Assembly: GCA_050246455.1 (NCBI GenBank)
Contig: JBFWWA010000001.1
Location: forward strand, 1-36,643
DNA length: 36,643 bases
Direction of reading: 5' to 3'
Origin: Planctomycetaceae bacterium
GTDB lineage: Bacteria; Planctomycetota; Planctomycetia; Planctomycetales; Planctomycetaceae
The notes below the pieces were generated by a model. It saw only the letters and a list, made by a program, of their open reading frames with translations, did no database searches and had not been told where the DNA came from. Every line of letters starts with the position of its first letter. Position 1 is the first letter of the stretch. Made by a program: the position numbers and the translations under genes. Shown here one piece after another: positions 31,785-36,643 of the stretch.

Positions 31785-34745
31785 ATGATGCACGAGGCTA
31801 AGGGATTGACTGCGGGCCGGACCGGAGTTTCATCGAACGGCAACGGTGCTCATAAAGCCCCCTACACCGGAGGGGCATCCATGAAAATTACCCCCAGTTT
31901 CTGTCCGCCGAATACCGACCCCTTCGACACCGTCGAATGGGAAATGCGGACGGCACACATCAAAGACGAATCGGGCGATATCCTCTTCGAGCAGACGAAC
32001 TGCGAAATTCCGAAGACTTGGAGCGCCCTCGCAACGAACGTCGTCGTCAGTAAGTACTTCTACGGTGAGCACGGCACGCCGGAGCGCGAATCGAGCATCC
32101 GCCAGGTCATTCACCGCGTCGCGCGCACCATCGCCGATTGGGGAATCGAAGACGGTTACTTCGAGACCACCGAAGATGGCGAGAACTACTACCGCGAACT
32201 GGCGTGGCTCTGCCTCCATCAGCACGGCGCGTTCAATTCTCCCGTCTGGTTCAACGTCGGGTTGTATCATCAGTACGGCGTGCGGGGATCTCAGGGGAAT
32301 TACCACTGGGACGTCAAAGCCGGCGCGATTCACCGTCCGGAAACTCCTTACGAGTATCCGCAAGGCTCGGCCTGCTTCATCCAGTCGGTCGAAGACAACA
32401 TGGAAGACATCATGCGCCTCGCCGCGAGCGAAGCGATGCTGTTCAAGTTCGGCTCGGGGACCGGAACCGATCTTTCGACGATTCGCAGCGCCCGCGAGAA
32501 GCTTTCGGGCGGCGGCATTCCCTCGGGCCCGCTCTCGTTCATGCGGGTATACGACCAGATTGCCGCGGTGGTGAAGTCAGGCGGAAAAACTCGCCGTGCC
32601 GCGAAGATGCAGAGTCTGAAGGACTGGCATCCGGACGTCATGGAGTTCATTCAGGCCAAGTCCAAGGAAGAGAAGAAGGCCCGTACGCTCATTGATAGCG
32701 GAGAGTACGAAGCCAACTTCAACGGCGAAGCCTACAGCTCGATCATGTTCCAGAACGCGAACCTCTCGGTCCGTCTCTCGGATCCGTTCATGCAGGCGAC
32801 CGTCAGCGGCGGCAAGTGGCAGACTCACTGGGTCACCAACCCGGACATGCCGGGCCCCGAGTACGATGCCAAGCAGATGTTCCGCGAAATCGCCGAAGGA
32901 ACTTGGTATTGCGGCGACCCGGGTGTGCAGTACGAAACCACGATCAACAAGTGGCACACCTGCCCGAATTCGGGTCCGATCAACGCATCGAACCCCTGCT
33001 CGGAGTACATGTTCCTCGACGACACCGCCTGCAACCTCTCGAGCCTCAACCTCAAGAAGTTCCAGGAGCCGGATGGTTCGTTCAATGTCGAGCGGTTCCG
33101 TCGTGCAGCGGCGATCTTCATCACCGCGCAGGAAATTCTCGTCGATCATGCGAGCTATCCGACGCCGTCAATCGCCGAGAACAGCCATCGCTTCCGTCCG
33201 CTCGGTCTGGGCTACGCCAATCTCGGCAGCCTGTTGATGTCGATGGGAATTCCCTACGACAGCGACGCCGGCCGCGGTATCTGCGGCGCGCTCACCGCGC
33301 TCCTCAACGGTCAGGGGTATCTCACATCCAGTGAGATCGCCGCCGACCTCGGCCCGTTCGCCGGGTACAAGGAGAACGAGAAGCCGATGCTCCGCGTGAT
33401 GCAGATGCACCGCGACGCCGTCGAGAAGATCGATCCGGCGTGCCCGGTCTATCTGAAGAACGCAGCACGCCAGGTCTGGAACGAATGCCTCGATTCGGGA
33501 CGCCGTCACGGCTACCGCAATGCTCAGGCAACCGTTCTGGCTCCGACCGGCACCATCGCCTTCATGATGGATTGCGATACCACCGGCATCGAGCCCGATA
33601 TCGCGCTGGTCAAGTACAAGCAGCTTGCCGGCGGCGGCATGATGAAAATCATCAACCGCACCGTGCCGGTGTCGCTGAAGACCCTGGGTTATGACCAGCC
33701 GCAGATCGACGGGATTCTCGATTACCTCGAGAAGAACGACACGATCGAAGGAGCTCCCGAGCTCAAGCCGGAGCATCTTCCGGTCTTCGACTGTGCGTTC
33801 AAGGCGGCGAAGGGAACGCGCACGATCGGCTGGCATGCCCACGTCGGCATGATGGCTGCCGCCCAGCCGTTCCTTTCGGGTGCGATCTCGAAGACGGTCA
33901 ACATGCCGCAGGATTCGACCGTCGAGGATATCGAGAATGCGTATCTCGAAGGCTGGAAGCTTGGCTTGAAGGCGCTCGCGATTTACCGCGACGGCTCCAA
34001 GCAGAGTCAGCCGCTGGCGACGACGAAGGAAGGGGATCGCAAGAAGAAGGGTGAAGAGGCTGCCGAGCCGCGCCCGGTGCGACGCCACCTTCCGTCAACC
34101 CGCCATTCGCTGACGCACAAGTTCTCCGTCGGCGGTCACGAGGGCTACATCACCGTCGGCCTCTTTGAGGACGGCAAGCCGGGTGAGCTCTTCATCACAA
34201 TGGCGAAGGAAGGAAGCACGATCGGCGGACTGATGGATACCATCGGAACGCTGACGTCGATGGGCCTGCAGTACGGCGTGCCGATCGATGTCTTCGTCAA
34301 CAAGTTCTCGCACACCCGGTTCGAACCGGCCGGCTGGACGAGCAACCCCGACATCCCGAACGCCAAGAGCGTTGTCGACTACGTCTTCCGCTGGTTCGGA
34401 ATTCAGTTCATCCCGGGTTATCGGGAAGCGAACACTCCGCACCGGGAAGAACCGGCAACGACCGAAACGTCGTCGAAGTCTTCGGCGGAACCGGAAGTGT
34501 CGACGGCGGAGGATGTCGCCAGGAAACTGGTGGCGATTGTCGCGCCGTATTCGAACGGCCATGCGAAATCGGTCGGTGCCGCCGTGGCTCCGCAGCCTGA
34601 TCTCGATGGTCCGGCAATCCGCAGCCAGCAGTTCGCCACGTTCCAGACGGACGCGCCGGCCTGCGACAACTGCGGTGCGATCACCGTGCGTAACGGCAAC
34701 TGCTACCTCTGCCACAACTGTGGAAACAGCATGGGATGTAGCTGA
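31785..34745 (+). CDS. nrdJ: Adenosylcobalamin-dependent (class II) ribonucleotide reductase
   Basis: Diagnostic segments are VEWEMRTAHI, FEQTNCEIPKTWS, NPCSEYMFLDDTACNLSSLNL, TVLAPTGTI and AISKTVNMP. The C-terminal tail is Cys-rich (CDNCG...CYLCHNCG). The start is ambiguous: ATG 31785 (AAGGAG upstream, short spacer) or ATG 31881 (GGAGG with a 7-nt spacer). Confidence 0.95.
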   Translation: MMHEAKGLTAGRTGVSSNGNGAHKAPYTGGASMKITPSFCPPNTDPFDTVEWEMRTAHIKDESGDILFEQTNCEIPKTWSALATNVVVSKYFYGEHGTPERESSIRQVIHRVARTIADWGIEDGYFETTEDGENYYRELAWLCLHQHGAFNSPVWFNVGLYHQYGVRGSQGNYHWDVKAGAIHRPETPYEYPQGSACFIQSVEDNMEDIMRLAASEAMLFKFGSGTGTDLSTIRSAREKLSGGGIPSGPLSFMRVYDQIAAVVKSGGKTRRAAKMQSLKDWHPDVMEFIQAKSKEEKKARTLIDSGEYEANFNGEAYSSIMFQNANLSVRLSDPFMQATVSGGKWQTHWVTNPDMPGPEYDAKQMFREIAEGTWYCGDPGVQYETTINKWHTCPNSGPINASNPCSEYMFLDDTACNLSSLNLKKFQEPDGSFNVERFRRAAAIFITAQEILVDHASYPTPSIAENSHRFRPLGLGYANLGSLLMSMGIPYDSDAGRGICGALTALLNGQGYLTSSEIAADLGPFAGYKENEKPMLRVMQMHRDAVEKIDPACPVYLKNAARQVWNECLDSGRRHGYRNAQATVLAPTGTIAFMMDCDTTGIEPDIALVKYKQLAGGGMMKIINRTVPVSLKTLGYDQPQIDGILDYLEKNDTIEGAPELKPEHLPVFDCAFKAAKGTRTIGWHAHVGMMAAAQPFLSGAISKTVNMPQDSTVEDIENAYLEGWKLGLKALAIYRDGSKQSQPLATTKEGDRKKKGEEAAEPRPVRRHLPSTRHSLTHKFSVGGHEGYITVGLFEDGKPGELFITMAKEGSTIGGLMDTIGTLTSMGLQYGVPIDVFVNKFSHTRFEPAGWTSNPDIPNAKSVVDYVFRWFGIQFIPGYREANTPHREEPATTETSSKSSAEPEVSTAEDVARKLVAIVAPYSNGHAKSVGAAVAPQPDLDGPAIRSQQFATFQTDAPACDNCGAITVRNGNCYLCHNCGNSMGCS

Positions 34746-34772
34746 AGGATTGGCGAGTCACATGCCGACGAC

Positions 34773-34815
34773 GGACACCCCGGTCTTCGGAGGGACCGGG
34801 GTGTTCTGTTTTTTA
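34773..34815 (+). terminator. Rho-independent terminator of nrdJ
   Basis: ACACCCCGGTC (34775-34785) pairs with GACCGGGGTGT (34794-34804). It is followed by TCTGTTTTTT. Confidence 0.8.
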
Positions 34816-35005
34816 TGGGCCGCAACCCGCTCTGTGCGGCCGTCCAGCGCGAGCGCGATCCGGCCTGATCCCCTCTGCCGAAACTCCGCGCGCTAATTTG
34901 CATGCCGGCAGTTTGTCCGATTCACATCGGAAGCGGCGTGATATCTTCGAATCTCCTCCGCCTTTCACTGTAACAGCATCAAAAACAGTGAATCAGGGGA
35001 TTCCG

Positions 35006-35197
35006 ATGGTACTTGCATGTGGAAACATGGGATCGGCGATACTGGTGTTCCTGGGGATGATTGGTGCAGCCGGCGTGGTCCTGGGAACAATCACCTCGGC
35101 GTTCTTCGCCGCCCTCGCGGAAGACAAGCGGGTCTTCCTGGCAATGCCGCTTTTTTCAGTGATGTGGTGCGTCGGGATCTTTCAATTGCTGAGCTAG
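35006..35197 (+). CDS. Possible small two-TM protein
   Basis: The 63-aa translation is MVLACGNMGSAILVFLGMIGAAGVVLGTITSAFFAALAEDKRVFLAMPLFSVMWCVGIFQLLS. It has two hydrophobic segments and acceptable GC3. No homology was recognised. Confidence 0.4.
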   Translation: MVLACGNMGSAILVFLGMIGAAGVVLGTITSAFFAALAEDKRVFLAMPLFSVMWCVGIFQLLS

Positions 35198-35238
35198 CAG
35201 CCGTTGTGGATCACCGCGCAGCGATGCCGGGTGCCGTG

Positions 35239-35667
35239 TCACGCTGCGAACAGTTGCAGGATCGCGCGGGCAAAGATGAGTCCGACGGCCGTTGTCGCGC
35301 CGACTGCGGTCAGAACCACAGTCGCGGCCGCAATGCGGAGCACCGCCCGGCCCTGATCGTCGAAGTAGTGCCCGAGCTTCTGCAGAAGCGACTTCAGCAT
35401 CTGACGGAACATCTCCGCGGAGAAAACGAGCGTGAGCGACGTAACAATCACGCTCCACTCGACCAGCGAAACGCCGAGCGTGAACCCGGCGGCGATCACG
35501 ACGCTTGCGGAGAAGAAGTGAACGAAGAGTGCGCCGTCACCACGCAGGCTGAGTGAGAAACCGCGTTCGATTTCCACAAGTCGTTGCCGCCATACCGGTC
35601 TGCGGCGCGAACTCACGGAAGACGGCAATGTTCGATCGAGGACGTTCGAATGGACTTGTGCCGACAT
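35239..35667 (-). CDS. DgkA (prokaryotic diacylglycerol kinase)-like membrane protein, divergent
   Basis: The 142-aa, three-TM layout aligns by eye with E. coli DgkA (GFSLSLRGDGALFVHF... / ...LVFSAEMFRQMLKSLLQKLG... / GRAVLRIAAATV). Several catalytic positions are substituted. Confidence 0.6.
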   Translation of the reverse strand: MSAQVHSNVLDRTLPSSVSSRRRPVWRQRLVEIERGFSLSLRGDGALFVHFFSASVVIAAGFTLGVSLVEWSVIVTSLTLVFSAEMFRQMLKSLLQKLGHYFDDQGRAVLRIAAATVVLTAVGATTAVGLIFARAILQLFAA

Positions 35668-35690
35668 GCGTCACCTCTGGGGGCAAGCGG

Positions 35691-36643
35691 TCACCGGTCT
35701 TCACCCGACAGGAGTGAGCTCAGCTGTGTCGATGAGCCGCCGCCGAACGGGCCGATGCGCGGCTCGAAGGAGATTGCGATTCCGGCATTATCCTTGCTTT
35801 CGTCGAAGCTCGCTCCGATGTGCATCAGGAAGTCGAGCCCGACGCGCGTGACGGTGAATGACTGCCCGCGGTTCTGGTTCTCGCCGAGGTCATACGCCGT
35901 GCCGAGCGTTGAGATCCATTTCGGACTCATGATGTAGCTGTAGCTGGCGGTGAGGGTCTGACTGTCGAGCCCGCCGGCGCCTTTGATCTGACGAACGCCG
36001 AGATAAACACTGCCGCGCTCGCTGCGCTGGCTGAGAACCGCAACGTTCCAGAGCTGCTGGGCGTCGTCGTAAAGATCGTAGGTTGCGTTCGCGAGCAGCG
36101 AGGTCCGATCTCCGACGTGCCAGGCGTAACGTGCTCCAAGCAGGCCGAACTCTTCGCCGAAGTTGTCGCGCGCTTCGCTCGGGAAGTACGACGCTTCGAG
36201 ATCGAGCGTCATCCAGTCTTTGATTCGTCGCCGCTCCGGAGGTCCGACCTTGGTCTGCAATCGCTGGCGGAGCGCGAACCGCGCGACCTGCTGATCATCC
36301 ACGAGTTCATGCCAAGGGGCGGTGACGGAGCTGCCGGCTCCGGTGCGCACTGCGTAGAATCGCGGCTCGAAGATTCCGGGGAGGGTGCCGCCGTAGGTAT
36401 TGACGAGGAAGCGTTGACGGAAGCGCTCCTGTGCGTCGTCCTCGAATTCGTTGTACTGCGGAATGTCGTTGAGATCGGTCGTCGAATCGGTCCAGCCGTA
36501 GCCCGCTTCAACGAGCATCTTGTGGGCGAGGCCGTTGAGATTGAAAACACGGCTCTGCACCGACGGGTAGACGCGCCAGAACTGCATGCTGCTGCGCACG
36601 CCGGCGGTTGCGACGAAGCGGTCGAGCTGATTGCCGGTGAAGT
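35691..36643 (-). CDS. Outer-membrane beta-barrel protein, LptD/OstA-like C-terminal region (5' end outside the window)
   Basis: The reading frame stays open to the window edge (..FTGNQLDRFVATAGVRSSMQFW..). Alternating beta-strand patterns (SVYLGVRQIK, TLTASYSYIMS, SFTVTRVGLDFLMHIGASF) suggest a barrel. The LptD assignment is tentative. Confidence 0.6.
   Translation of the reverse strand, partial: FTGNQLDRFVATAGVRSSMQFWRVYPSVQSRVFNLNGLAHKMLVEAGYGWTDSTTDLNDIPQYNEFEDDAQERFRQRFLVNTYGGTLPGIFEPRFYAVRTGAGSSVTAPWHELVDDQQVARFALRQRLQTKVGPPERRRIKDWMTLDLEASYFPSEARDNFGEEFGLLGARYAWHVGDRTSLLANATYDLYDDAQQLWNVAVLSQRSERGSVYLGVRQIKGAGGLDSQTLTASYSYIMSPKWISTLGTAYDLGENQNRGQSFTVTRVGLDFLMHIGASFDESKDNAGIAISFEPRIGPFGGGSSTQLSSLLSGEDR

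Overview
This is a GC-rich bacterial chromosomal segment. Its gene content looks strongly Planctomycetota-like: a PSCyt/DUF1549/DUF1553 gene with a Tat-signal DUF1501 partner, DUF1080 domains, and a Cys/Pro-rich secreted protein. I can support about 33 protein-coding genes. They include a cheX-cheY-HDOD/GGDEF signalling operon, two SDR reductases, a GAF-PP2C phosphatase, purE, and an Mrp/ApbC-like ATPase. They also include a TlpA-like redoxin, a 948-aa hybrid histidine kinase with a heme-c type sensor domain, and folB-folK preceded by a FolM-like SDR. The rest are a four-gene PSCyt/DUF1501/DUF1080 cluster, a GNAT, an ABC-2/CPBP fusion transporter with its ATPase, class II ribonucleotide reductase nrdJ, a DgkA-like protein, and a 5'-truncated outer-membrane barrel gene at the right edge. 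I recognised no rRNA, tRNA, CRISPR array, transposase or integrase. Positions 1-815 and about 9844-10893 have no convincing CDS. The best candidate for an undescribed system is the two-gene operon at 24005-26636. It pairs a helical-repeat protein ending in a PD-(D/E)xK nuclease-fold block with a double zinc-ribbon / TM / Tudor-like protein. Other notable signals:
- a triple 24+5-residue MshEN-like c-di-GMP-binding motif array fused to the diguanylate cyclase;
- a family of intergenic modules made of phased 7-nt TAG/AGG arrays plus CCGACG hairpins, two of which bracket a small ORF in inverted orientation;
- REP-like GCACAGAC palindromes;
- a secreted protein with about 24% Cys that shares a basic CC-flanked motif with the C-terminal tail of the DUF1080 protein;
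- a structured nrdJ leader with NrdR-like boxes and an attenuator hairpin.
All functional calls come from reading the translations by eye. No database search was run.
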